Shown here in pieces: positions 27,280 to 36,562 of a stretch of 64,000 bases of DNA. The position numbers and the translations under genes are program-made. The number at the start of each line of letters is the position of its first letter. The first letter of the stretch is position 1. The notes beneath the pieces were generated by a model, which searched no databases, was not told where the DNA came from, and saw nothing but the letters and a program-made list of their open reading frames with translations. The stretch lies in the NCBI GenBank assembly GCA_016183245.1, contig JACPEY010000011.1, positions 5,568 through 69,567 on the forward strand, read 5' to 3'. This DNA comes from Candidatus Daviesbacteria bacterium. Its GTDB lineage: Bacteria > Patescibacteriota > Microgenomatia > Daviesbacterales > UBA10151.

Positions 27280-27775
27280 GCATACCCTTTCACATTTTAA
27301 AAAAACTATGCAAAAGATGCTGTCGTTTATAACTTTGTTCTCCCTGTTTTTAAATCTAGTATTGCCTTATGCAGCAGTTTCAGCTGTGTATGCTCAAGAA
27401 GTTAGTCTTGCTCCAGCTGCAGAAACTGTTTCAGAACCGGCTCCGGAAAATACCCCTGCACCGGATACATCTACAGAGACTGCTCCGGTTACTCCTCCTG
27501 CCTCTCCTTCAGAAACTCCTTCTACGGAACCAACTATTGCACCTACACCTACTTCTACTCCGGTACCCAGCATAAGCCCGACTCCAACTCCCGGGCAGAC
27601 TCCTCTACCTGAAGATTTGCCTGCTTCCCCTTCTGCTCTTCCTATAGATAAGCCAGTTGATCCTGTTTCTTCAGCAATCCCCACAGACAGGGTCTGGAAT
27701 GATTTAGGGGACAAGACTTTTGAGACTATAAGTAATGTAGAACTAAATAAAGACCGGAAAAAGTTACCCAGTTAA
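27278..27775 (+). CDS. Secreted Pro/Thr/Ser-rich low-complexity protein.
   Basis: A signal peptide is followed by a PxTxP-rich repeat region, directly upstream of the giant surface protein. The start is uncertain, possibly 27308. Confidence 0.45.
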   Translation: MHTLSHFKKTMQKMLSFITLFSLFLNLVLPYAAVSAVYAQEVSLAPAAETVSEPAPENTPAPDTSTETAPVTPPASPSETPSTEPTIAPTPTSTPVPSISPTPTPGQTPLPEDLPASPSALPIDKPVDPVSSAIPTDRVWNDLGDKTFETISNVELNKDRKKLPS

Positions 27776-27813
27776 ATGCTGTTTCAGATACAGCTTTTGA
27801 AATTACTTCTACC

Positions 27814-30800
27814 ATGGCTGACAACACCTTTGAATATGACTTAACTTTGCCGCTGCCTCCAGAGGTAAAGGATAAGGATGTTGAGGTAAAAGCTGCTGAA
27901 ACAGAAGCAGAATTGCCTTCTGCACCTAAATTAGATGAGCCAAAAGAAAAGTTAGCAGAAACGATTACTATTAAAGGGTTAAATCACTTTACAGTTTTTG
28001 TGATAACTTTGCCCAGTCCGGATACTGCACAAAGGGTATTAATTAATGAAATATTACCAAACCCGACAGCCGGGGCAGAATGGGTAGAGCTGTTTAATAA
28101 TGGAACACAACCTGTTAATTTAGCAGCCGGGACTGGCTGGACTATAAGAAATTCAGCCTCTGATGCTCAATCTTTGAGTGCTTTGGGGACTATTCCGGCA
28201 GCAGGCAGGGTTGTATTTGAAGCCCCTGCAAACTGGTTAAGCAATGTTGCCCCAGAGACTGTTACTTTATCAAACGAGTTGGGTACAGCAGTTGATACAG
28301 TAACCATATCTTTAGTTGCGCCCGGATTTGCAATTGATCACTATCCTCTGGCAGGCGAGTCAGTCGGCAGAAAGACAGATGGCGTGGCAGAATGGGTAAT
28401 CTTTACAGCTCCGACAAAAGGGACAGCTAATTTACTACCGGCAACCGGCGGTGCGGGAAAATTGGCTGAAGTTGGACCAATTGCCCCAGCAGGTGGATTA
28501 AGAGCAGGATTCCCGGTTTGGTATAAAGATTCCAATGGTTTGGCTCTTGATTTGATGGAAGCGGCAGATCCGAGGGGGATTTCTGATCCTGTTGACCCTG
28601 GTAATCCATTTTCTGCTCAAATAGGATTTAATGCTGAAGGATTTTGGTGGTCTGCCGAAGCAGATATGTCAACCTCAGGACCAAATGGTGCTCTCCTAGT
28701 TCAGGCTATAGAAGCTGCATTTGCCGGAGAAGCTGCAGTAGATGGTGAGCAATCAGCCTTTGCCAGAGCCAGAATCAGGATTGATGTTGCCGAACCTGGA
28801 ACTTATACTGTAACTTATCCTTATGGCACAAAAACTTACACTGTAGCTTTGGCTGATATCGGCCCGGGATACGAGATTAATGATACTGCCGATATTGGTT
28901 GTTTTGCCATTCCGGGAGTACTAAATTGTGCCAGTGCGACCCAGCCTAATTTCTCAACGGTGCTAAATGGAGGAATCGGACCATTCTTAACCTGGGATAC
29001 CTTCAATACAAATCCGGCTCTTTCGGATCCGCTTTTGACTGATCCAATTACCGGAAGAAGATATGTAGGTAGTGTTTTAGGCGGGCCTCATGTAGTCAAA
29101 GGTTCTCCAACAGGTAATAATTTCTTTAGAATTGCCGGGCCAAATATCGGAGGACCAGGAGTAAATGTAGTAGAAACAAACCTATTTACTGTTACCGGAA
29201 GATTGGCAGATGCTACAGGTCCTGTTATAACCCTGCATGGGGCAAACCCAGTCAACGTCAATCAGAATGCTGTTTATACAGATGCAGGAGCCACAGCCTT
29301 GGACGACCAGGACGGAAATATAACTGCTAACATTCAAGTAACCGGTCTTCCTGTAGACACTTCAACTTTGGGATCTAAAACTGTGACCTACACCGTTACT
29401 GATAGTGCAGGCCATACTACAACAGCAACTAGAACTGTTAATGTAGTAGCTGTTGGAGGTATAGATATTACGGCTCCTGTTATTACGGTGACTGGTGCTA
29501 ATCCAGCAACAGTTACTGCCGGAACTCCGTATAACGATGCCGGGGCAACAGCATTAGATAATGTAGACGGAGATATTACAGCCAATATTGTGACCACCGG
29601 TCTACCAATAAATACTTCTGCACCCGGTTCATTTGCTGTAACTTATACTGTCTCTGATGCAGCCGGAAATCCTGCTACAGCCGCAAGGACTGTAAATGTG
29701 GTAGCAGATATTATTCCGCCGGTAATTACTGTGCTTGGATCAAATCCGGTAAACGTGCTTGTTGGTGCGGCATATACTGATGCCGGCGCTACAGCAGTAG
29801 ATAATGTTGATGGAAATGTAACAGTAAATATCACAACTACCGGCTTACCTATTAATACTGCTGCAGCCGGTTCATTTGCTGTAACTTATAATGTTACTGA
29901 TGCTGCAGGCAATACTGCTACAGCTACCAGAACTGTAAATGTAGCTGCAACTCTTCCTGCAGGACTTGTTGAAGTCGGACCCGTAGCCCCAGCAGGTGGA
30001 TTAAGAGCAGGATTCCCGGTTTGGTATAAAGATTCTAATGGTTTGGCTTTGGAATTAATGGAGGCAGCAGATCCAAATGGTATTTCTGCTGCTGTTGACC
30101 CTGGTAATCCATTTTCAGCTCAAATTGGTTTTGGTGCTGAAGGCTTTTGGTGGTCAGCCGATGCCAGTATATCTACTTCGGGGCCAAATGGTGCAATTTT
30201 AGTACAAGCTGTTGAAGCTGCATTTGCCGGAGAAGCTGCAGTAGATGGTGAGCAATCAGCCTTTGCCAGAGTCAGAATCAGGATTGATGTTGCCGAACCA
30301 GGATCTTATACTGTAACTTTCCCCTATGGTACAAAAACATATGTGGTAGATGCTGTAGGTGCAGGGTTTGAAATTAATGACACCTCAGATATTGGCTGTT
30401 TTGCCCAAATAGGAGTTGCCAGTTGTAATCAGGCCACACCTCCTAATTTCTCTACTGTACTTGCAGGTCAAATCGGACCATTCTTGACCTGGGATACCTT
30501 CAATACAAATCCGGCTCTTTCGGATCCTATCCTGACCAATATTGCAACCGGGAGAAGATATGTAGGTATTCCGGTGCCTCATGCAGTCAAAGGTTCTCCA
30601 ACAGGTAATAATTTCTTTAGAATTGCCGGGCCAAATATCGGAGGACCAGGAGTAAATGTAGTAGAGACTAATCTGTTTGATGTTACCGGACGCATAGCTG
30701 ATGTAACTCCTCCGGTTATCACTCTAAATGGTGCCAACCCGGATACTGTTGTACAAAATGCAGTATATGTGGACCCGGGATCCATAGCTTTGGATGACTT

Positions 30801-33606
30801 TGATGGAAATGTAACAGGTAGTATTGTAACTACAGGTGTGCCTGTTGATACATCTATAGTAGGCGCAAAAACTGTTACTTATACAGTTACTGATATAGCT
30901 GGTAATACAGCCGTTGCAACTAGAACAGTCAATGTAACCGGAGTAGATAACACTGCACCTGTCATTACCTTACTAGGTACTAGCCCTGTGGATGTCACAG
31001 TTGGCACGGCTTATGTTGATGCCGGTGCTACTGCTTTAGATAATGTAGATGGTGATCTAACAGCCAGTATAGTAACTGTTAATCCTGTAAACAGCAATGT
31101 TATTGGTACCTATACAGTTACTTACAACGTCTCAGATGCTGCCGGAAACCCTGCAATAGAAGTTACCAGGACGGTTAACGTAGTGGCTACGACTGATGTT
31201 ACTCCCCCAGTTTTCAGTGCTATTTCTGCAAGTTCTAATAATGCCAATCCGGCTTTGGGCAAAAGCGGTGATGTTGTGACTGTTTCTTTTGTCACCAGCG
31301 AGCCATTATCTGCCAATCCGACAGTGACTATTGGTGGTGGAGCAATGACTTTTGTCTCTCTGGCTGGTTCAACATACACATTTAACCGCACTCTGGATGG
31401 TACAGAGATTGAAAGCGGACAAATTTCCATCACCGGTTCTGATGCAGCCGGTAATCCAGGTGCCAATAATACTGCTACTTTTGCCTTGGACTTTGCACTT
31501 CCAACAGGATCGATTGCTATAAACGGTGGCGCCCTTTATACGACCACGACTGCAGTTATTTTAAATTTTTCCGGAGTTTCAGCTGATGTGACTCAAATTC
31601 AACTTCGAAACGGCACAGTTGGAGCTTTTCAGACAGCAATTCCTTTTGAAAATCCCCACGCTTATGTTTTACCTAATACCCAAGGGGTAAGAGTTGTATC
31701 TGTCCGTTTTATTGACGCAGCCGGAAATCAAAGTACCGGAGTAATTTCAGATGATATTACTTTTGATAATGTTGCCCCGACTGATCCATTGGACGTAGTT
31801 TCTACCAGCCACACTGCTAATGTATCTACGGACAATACTATTGATATGGCCTGGTCTGCGGCTGGTGCTCCTCTAGGAGCAAATGACTTGGTTAGCGGAG
31901 TAGCCGGCTATTCTTATTCTTTCACTCAAGGGGCAACTGATTTGCCTGATACTACAGTGGATTTGCCTTCAACTGCCTTGGGTGTAACCAGTGAAGCTCT
32001 AACAAATGGTACTTGGTTTTTCCACCTTAGAACTCTGGATAATGCCGGAAGTTGGACTTCAACTGTTCATGTTGGGCCATTTAATATTGATGTTGTGGTT
32101 CCGACTACAGGTACAATTTCCGGTTTGGTATTTCAGGATACAAACGCTAACCGCACCAAAGATGCGGGTGAACCGGTTCTGCCCGGATGGACGCTGTATC
32201 TGGATGCAAATAACAACAGGGTGCTGGATGCAGGGGAGGTATTAATTGTAAGCGATGCCGCAGGTAATTATCAGTTTGCAGGACTGCTTCCAGGAACTTA
32301 TAATATTAATGAAGTTAAACAGCCAAACTGGGGTATCAGGTTACCGGGAGACAATGGTTATACACAAATATTGGCTGCAGGGGATAATATCACAGGTAAG
32401 GATTTTGGGAATATAGTTACCCGGTCGGTTAGCGGCCAGGGCCAGGGAGGATTTGCAACAACTACCGGAACAACTCTGACGCCATCGGTTGTGTCAGTTG
32501 GCGACTCTGTCATTGATGTCCCTTCAAACGGGGGTACAAGCAAAGTGACAGTCCCTGCTGATACTATAATTACCGAAAGCACCGGCGCAGTTTTTGATTC
32601 GGCAGCTTTGGCAGCCTCTGACCCGGCTGGTGCGGTGATATCAGGGTTGGGAACAGGTGTTGTAGTTCGGGGAAAACTGCAATGGGGAGTTCCCAACTTA
32701 GGGTTAGTATTCTCAAACCCGATTAATTTGGAAATCTTTGTCGGTACAGATCTTAATGGGCAGGTACTTGATATACTGCGCTCAGTTGAAGGTACAACCA
32801 ACTGGACAAGTGACGGAATTGTGCCTCCGGGCAAATGCACGGTTGCAAACGGCATATGTGCGTTTCAGGCTACAAAAGCTTCATATTATATTGCAGCTCA
32901 AACTGTCAGTCCAACCCCGACACCTACTCCGACTCCTGCATCTGCTACTACCAGCGGTGGTGGAGATAGCGGAAGCGGTGGGGGAAGCGCCAGTGCTCCG
33001 TCTTGCAATGATCCTGTTGCAGGAGGCGCACCGACTTTACTCTCGGCAACTGTATCAGGAGACAATCAAGTTACCTTAACCTGGAGCAAAGCTGCTGATC
33101 CTGTAACACACTATGTAGTAGCTTACGGGTTATCAGCAGGCAACCCGCAATTTGGAAATCCAAATGTTGGCGGGAAAGAGACAACTTCTTATACAGTAAA
33201 AGATCTTTCAGGCGGTACAACTTATTTCTTCAGAGTCAGGGCAGGAAACGGTTGTAATGCCGGTCCTTACTCAAACGAAATATCAGCAACTCCCGGCGGA
33301 AGACAGACAACAGGTCCTGCAGCTGGTTTCCAGGCTGGAGTGTTAGGTGCTTCGACCTCGCTGGGAGAAGGCACGGGTGGTGCTGATCCTAATAACCCAG
33401 ACGCTCCTGATGCAGGCAAGGGTGAAGATGCAGTTACGGAAGGGATTTCTGATATCCTGGGTGCAGATCAGAAAGTAAGCGATAAACCTAACCAGTCATT
33501 TGGAGGTTTCTTGAATACTCAAAGGGCTATTATCGGGGTGTTGCTGCTATTCGTCGCACTCTTTGCTGCTAATGCTTATCGTCTAAGGGCCCGTCGCCGC
33601 AGTTAA
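27814..33606 (+). CDS. Giant 1930-aa surface protein with a lamin-tail domain, two copies of a ~250-aa module, about 6 DUF5011 Ig-like repeats, a Cna-B/SdrD-like fold, a PT linker, FN3, and a C-terminal TM plus basic tail.
   Basis: The lamin-tail motif INEILPNPTAGAEWVELFNNG is present. The DUF5011 repeats have the form PVITLxGxNPxxVxxGxxYxDxGATAxDxxDGxxT. The FN3 domain reads LTWSKAADPVTHYVVAYGL...YFFRVRAGN. The C-terminus is IIGVLLLFVALFAANAYRLRARRRS. Confidence 0.8.
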   Translation: MADNTFEYDLTLPLPPEVKDKDVEVKAAETEAELPSAPKLDEPKEKLAETITIKGLNHFTVFVITLPSPDTAQRVLINEILPNPTAGAEWVELFNNGTQPVNLAAGTGWTIRNSASDAQSLSALGTIPAAGRVVFEAPANWLSNVAPETVTLSNELGTAVDTVTISLVAPGFAIDHYPLAGESVGRKTDGVAEWVIFTAPTKGTANLLPATGGAGKLAEVGPIAPAGGLRAGFPVWYKDSNGLALDLMEAADPRGISDPVDPGNPFSAQIGFNAEGFWWSAEADMSTSGPNGALLVQAIEAAFAGEAAVDGEQSAFARARIRIDVAEPGTYTVTYPYGTKTYTVALADIGPGYEINDTADIGCFAIPGVLNCASATQPNFSTVLNGGIGPFLTWDTFNTNPALSDPLLTDPITGRRYVGSVLGGPHVVKGSPTGNNFFRIAGPNIGGPGVNVVETNLFTVTGRLADATGPVITLHGANPVNVNQNAVYTDAGATALDDQDGNITANIQVTGLPVDTSTLGSKTVTYTVTDSAGHTTTATRTVNVVAVGGIDITAPVITVTGANPATVTAGTPYNDAGATALDNVDGDITANIVTTGLPINTSAPGSFAVTYTVSDAAGNPATAARTVNVVADIIPPVITVLGSNPVNVLVGAAYTDAGATAVDNVDGNVTVNITTTGLPINTAAAGSFAVTYNVTDAAGNTATATRTVNVAATLPAGLVEVGPVAPAGGLRAGFPVWYKDSNGLALELMEAADPNGISAAVDPGNPFSAQIGFGAEGFWWSADASISTSGPNGAILVQAVEAAFAGEAAVDGEQSAFARVRIRIDVAEPGSYTVTFPYGTKTYVVDAVGAGFEINDTSDIGCFAQIGVASCNQATPPNFSTVLAGQIGPFLTWDTFNTNPALSDPILTNIATGRRYVGIPVPHAVKGSPTGNNFFRIAGPNIGGPGVNVVETNLFDVTGRIADVTPPVITLNGANPDTVVQNAVYVDPGSIALDDFDGNVTGSIVTTGVPVDTSIVGAKTVTYTVTDIAGNTAVATRTVNVTGVDNTAPVITLLGTSPVDVTVGTAYVDAGATALDNVDGDLTASIVTVNPVNSNVIGTYTVTYNVSDAAGNPAIEVTRTVNVVATTDVTPPVFSAISASSNNANPALGKSGDVVTVSFVTSEPLSANPTVTIGGGAMTFVSLAGSTYTFNRTLDGTEIESGQISITGSDAAGNPGANNTATFALDFALPTGSIAINGGALYTTTTAVILNFSGVSADVTQIQLRNGTVGAFQTAIPFENPHAYVLPNTQGVRVVSVRFIDAAGNQSTGVISDDITFDNVAPTDPLDVVSTSHTANVSTDNTIDMAWSAAGAPLGANDLVSGVAGYSYSFTQGATDLPDTTVDLPSTALGVTSEALTNGTWFFHLRTLDNAGSWTSTVHVGPFNIDVVVPTTGTISGLVFQDTNANRTKDAGEPVLPGWTLYLDANNNRVLDAGEVLIVSDAAGNYQFAGLLPGTYNINEVKQPNWGIRLPGDNGYTQILAAGDNITGKDFGNIVTRSVSGQGQGGFATTTGTTLTPSVVSVGDSVIDVPSNGGTSKVTVPADTIITESTGAVFDSAALAASDPAGAVISGLGTGVVVRGKLQWGVPNLGLVFSNPINLEIFVGTDLNGQVLDILRSVEGTTNWTSDGIVPPGKCTVANGICAFQATKASYYIAAQTVSPTPTPTPTPASATTSGGGDSGSGGGSASAPSCNDPVAGGAPTLLSATVSGDNQVTLTWSKAADPVTHYVVAYGLSAGNPQFGNPNVGGKETTSYTVKDLSGGTTYFFRVRAGNGCNAGPYSNEISATPGGRQTTGPAAGFQAGVLGASTSLGEGTGGADPNNPDAPDAGKGEDAVTEGISDILGADQKVSDKPNQSFGGFLNTQRAIIGVLLLFVALFAANAYRLRARRRS

Positions 33607-33656
33607 TCTGCAAAAGGGGTTGACAATAGGAGGGTAAGTTGTAATAATGCATAAGA

Positions 33657-34427
33657 ATGAGTAAAACCAGATTAAAGATTCTTACGGCTGGATTTTTATT
33701 TATTGCATCAATTGTTTTTAGCATTTTTCTTTCTTCTACTGCCTTAGCTAATCATTCCTGGGGAGGTTACCATTGGGCCAGGACTGCAAATCCCTTTACT
33801 GTAAAACTAGGCAATAATGTTTCTTCTGTTTGGAATCCAATTCTTAGTACAACCTTCAATGATTGGAGTCAATCTACAGTTTTGGATACAACCATTGTCA
33901 ACGGTGGAACCAAAGCCCGCAATTGTCGGCCAACTCTAGGCCGTGTGGAAGTTTGCAATGCTAAGTATGGAAACAACGGCTGGTTGGGTATAGCCCAAAT
34001 TTGGGCCAGCGGGCTGCATATTGTGCAGGGAATCACCAAAGTCAATGATACTTATTTTAACACCGCGACTTATAACACGACTGCCTGGCGTAACCTGGTC
34101 ATGTGTCAGGAGGTAGGCCATACTTTGGGACTGGATCATCAGGATGAGAATTTTAATAATTCAAATATGGGCACCTGTATGGACTATACCAATAATCCTG
34201 ATTCAAACCAACATCCTAATCAACATGATTACGATGAGTTGGAGCTAATTTATTCTCATCTTGACTTAACTAACACCATCAGTCAAACACTTTTCCCGGT
34301 TCAAGGCAACCTTGATAACCCGACGGAGTGGGGGAAATTAGTTAAAAAACAGGGTCGTGTAGCAGTATTTGAAAGGAATTTTGGTTTGGGGAATAAATTG
34401 TTCACCTTCGTAATCTACGCCGACTAA
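33657..34427 (+). CDS. Secreted protein with a metzincin-like zinc-binding motif (putative metalloprotease).
   Basis: A signal peptide is present. QEVGHTLGLDH aligns to HExxHxxGxxH with Q at the first His position, so catalytic competence is uncertain. Confidence 0.35.
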   Translation: MSKTRLKILTAGFLFIASIVFSIFLSSTALANHSWGGYHWARTANPFTVKLGNNVSSVWNPILSTTFNDWSQSTVLDTTIVNGGTKARNCRPTLGRVEVCNAKYGNNGWLGIAQIWASGLHIVQGITKVNDTYFNTATYNTTAWRNLVMCQEVGHTLGLDHQDENFNNSNMGTCMDYTNNPDSNQHPNQHDYDELELIYSHLDLTNTISQTLFPVQGNLDNPTEWGKLVKKQGRVAVFERNFGLGNKLFTFVIYAD

Positions 34428-34514
34428 TCTTCGTCGACTTTCGGTTTACTCAGTTAATTTAGATATAAACTTTAACTTTCGTCTTTTGTTTGGAAAAGTG
34501 ATAAAATATGATTC

Positions 34515-36548
34515 ATGGCAAAATTTCAAATTGTTTCAGATTTCAAACCTACTGGGGACCAACCACAAGCCATTGAGAAGCTGGTTAACGGGATAAATAA
34601 AGGCAGACAGCACCAGGTTTTGCTTGGAGTAACAGGTAGTGGTAAGACTTTTACTATGGCTAATGTTATCCAGAAAGTGCAAAGGCCGACCCTGGTTATT
34701 TCCCATAATAAAACTTTAGCAGGACAACTGGCTCAGGAGTTTAGGTCTCTGTTTCCAAATAACGCTGTTGAGTATTTTGTTTCTTATTATGATTATTACC
34801 AGCCAGAAGCGTATATTCCCCAATCAGATACTTATATTGAAAAGGAAACCCAGATTAATGAGGAAATAGAAAAGTTAAGGCTGTCTGCAACTGCATCACT
34901 GCTTAGCAGAAAAGATGTGATAGTAGTAGCCTCAGTTTCTGCAATCTATAACTTAGGTTCTCCAATAGAGTATGGCCAGGCAATACTGGAAATCGGCCCG
35001 GGCATGAAAGCCGGTATGCAGCAGGTGATGAAGATTTTGCAGAAGATGTTTTATAAGCGCAATGATATTGATTTTAAAAGGGGGACATACCGGGTCAGGG
35101 GTGATACGGTTGATATTTTTCCTTCATATAAAGATCAAGGTTACAGGTTACAATTTTTAGGGGACAGACTGGAGAGTGTAAGCGAGTTGGAGGTTGTGAC
35201 AGGTAATGTTTTAAAAATGCAGGGAACGCAGACTATTTATCCTGCCAAGCATTACATTACTTCGGAACAAAGGATTGTGCCGGGAATTAAACAAATAGAA
35301 ATCGATTTAGAATCTAGAGTCAAGAGTCTAGAGTCAAGTGGAAAATTGATAGAAGTGCAGAGATTAGACCAAAGGACAAATTATGATTTGGAGATGATCC
35401 GGCAATTCGGGTACTGCAACGGAATTGAAAATTACTCCCGCTATTTTGACGGCCGGAACCCCGGGGACCCTCCATATACTTTGCTTCATTACTTTCCTCA
35501 AGACTTTTTGCTCGTTATTGATGAATCCCATATGACTATCCCTCAAATTCGGGGGATGTATAACGGGGACCGGTCAAGGAAGGAAACTTTAATAGATTTT
35601 GGGTTCAGGCTGCCTTCGGCTTTGGATAACAGGCCCTTAAAGTTTGATGAGTTTATGAGGATGATTAACCAGGCAGTTTATGTTTCAGCCACTCCGGATG
35701 AGTATGAATTATCCCTAGCGAATTCATCCCACCTGGGGGGTGGTCTAGATAGGACACCTAGGGGTACTGATGGGTTGTATAGCCATGATGGGATAGCGGA
35801 ACAATTGGTCAGGCCAACTGGGATTTTGGATCCGGAGGTTTCTGTAAGACCGATTAAAGGTCAAATTGAAGATTTATTAAGAGAAATAGAGACTAGAGTC
35901 AAGAGTCAGGAAAGGGTATTGATAACAACTTTAACCAAAAGAACAGCTGAAGATTTGGCAGATTATTTAAAGGAAAAAGGCATTAAGGTGCACTATCTGC
36001 ACTCTGATGTTAAAACTTTAGAAAGAGGGGATATTTTACAGGCTTTGAGGTTGGGGGAATATGATGTGATTGTGGGAATTAATTTACTTCGGGAAGGTCT
36101 GGATTTGCCGGAAGTTTCACTGGTGGCAATTTTAGATGCTGATAAGGAAGGGTTTTTAAGGTCCAGGACTTCTTTGATACAGACCATGGGCAGGGCTGCC
36201 AGGCATGTTAGAGGGCAGGTAATTATGTATGCCGACATTGTCACCAAATCCATGAAAGCAGCCATAGATGAGGTAAAAAGAAGGAGGAAATATCAGGCAG
36301 ATTACAATAAAAAACATAATATTACGCCGAGAAGCATAGAAAAAGCTTTACGGGAAAGGTTGATAGAGAAAGTAGAGGAGCTGGAAGAATCTTTGGGTAA
36401 AACAGATTTAACTGTTGATGATATTCCGGTAGAGGATCGGAAAAAAATGATTAAAAACCTGGAAGCCCAGATGAAACAGGCAGCAGAACTTTTAGACTTT
36501 GAAGAAGCTGCCAAAATTCGGGATCAGATTAAGGAGTTAAGTATTTAG
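34515..36548 (+). CDS. uvrB: Excinuclease ABC subunit B (UvrB) carrying an in-frame REP insertion.
   Basis: Walker A (GVTGSGKT), helicase motifs, the VRPTGILDP block and the C-terminal UVR motif (EEAAKIRDQI) are present. The region between YEL and QLVRPTG is about 20 aa longer than the E. coli UvrB sequence recalled from memory, and it contains HLGGGLDRTPRGT. Confidence 0.9.
   Translation: MAKFQIVSDFKPTGDQPQAIEKLVNGINKGRQHQVLLGVTGSGKTFTMANVIQKVQRPTLVISHNKTLAGQLAQEFRSLFPNNAVEYFVSYYDYYQPEAYIPQSDTYIEKETQINEEIEKLRLSATASLLSRKDVIVVASVSAIYNLGSPIEYGQAILEIGPGMKAGMQQVMKILQKMFYKRNDIDFKRGTYRVRGDTVDIFPSYKDQGYRLQFLGDRLESVSELEVVTGNVLKMQGTQTIYPAKHYITSEQRIVPGIKQIEIDLESRVKSLESSGKLIEVQRLDQRTNYDLEMIRQFGYCNGIENYSRYFDGRNPGDPPYTLLHYFPQDFLLVIDESHMTIPQIRGMYNGDRSRKETLIDFGFRLPSALDNRPLKFDEFMRMINQAVYVSATPDEYELSLANSSHLGGGLDRTPRGTDGLYSHDGIAEQLVRPTGILDPEVSVRPIKGQIEDLLREIETRVKSQERVLITTLTKRTAEDLADYLKEKGIKVHYLHSDVKTLERGDILQALRLGEYDVIVGINLLREGLDLPEVSLVAILDADKEGFLRSRTSLIQTMGRAARHVRGQVIMYADIVTKSMKAAIDEVKRRRKYQADYNKKHNITPRSIEKALRERLIEKVEELEESLGKTDLTVDDIPVEDRKKMIKNLEAQMKQAAELLDFEEAAKIRDQIKELSI
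35727..35764. repeat. REP-like palindromic element, copy 3 (reverse orientation), inside the uvrB coding sequence.
   Basis: The sequence tcccacctggggggtggtctagataggacacctagggg matches the family consensus in reverse. Confidence 0.65.
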
Positions 36549-36562
36549 ACTGTAAACTAAGA

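Noticed and set aside
27369-27714. Overlapping ORFs on both strands (27369..27575 plus, 27394..27714 minus) inside the Pro/Thr-rich gene.
   Set aside because: They are low-complexity frame artefacts of the PxTxP repeat region. The signal-peptide-containing frame starting at 27278 is the coherent one.
28341-33079. Numerous 60-165-aa antisense or alternate-frame ORFs within the giant surface-protein gene.
   Set aside because: They are embedded in a single long, repeat-structured ORF with clear domain content. Their frames lack start context and show amino-acid bias typical of shadow ORFs.
33480-33606. PEP-CTERM or LPXTG sorting signal at the C-terminus of the giant protein.
   Set aside because: A TM plus basic tail is present, but no PEP, LPXTG or LAXTG motif precedes it. 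The anchor type is left unassigned.
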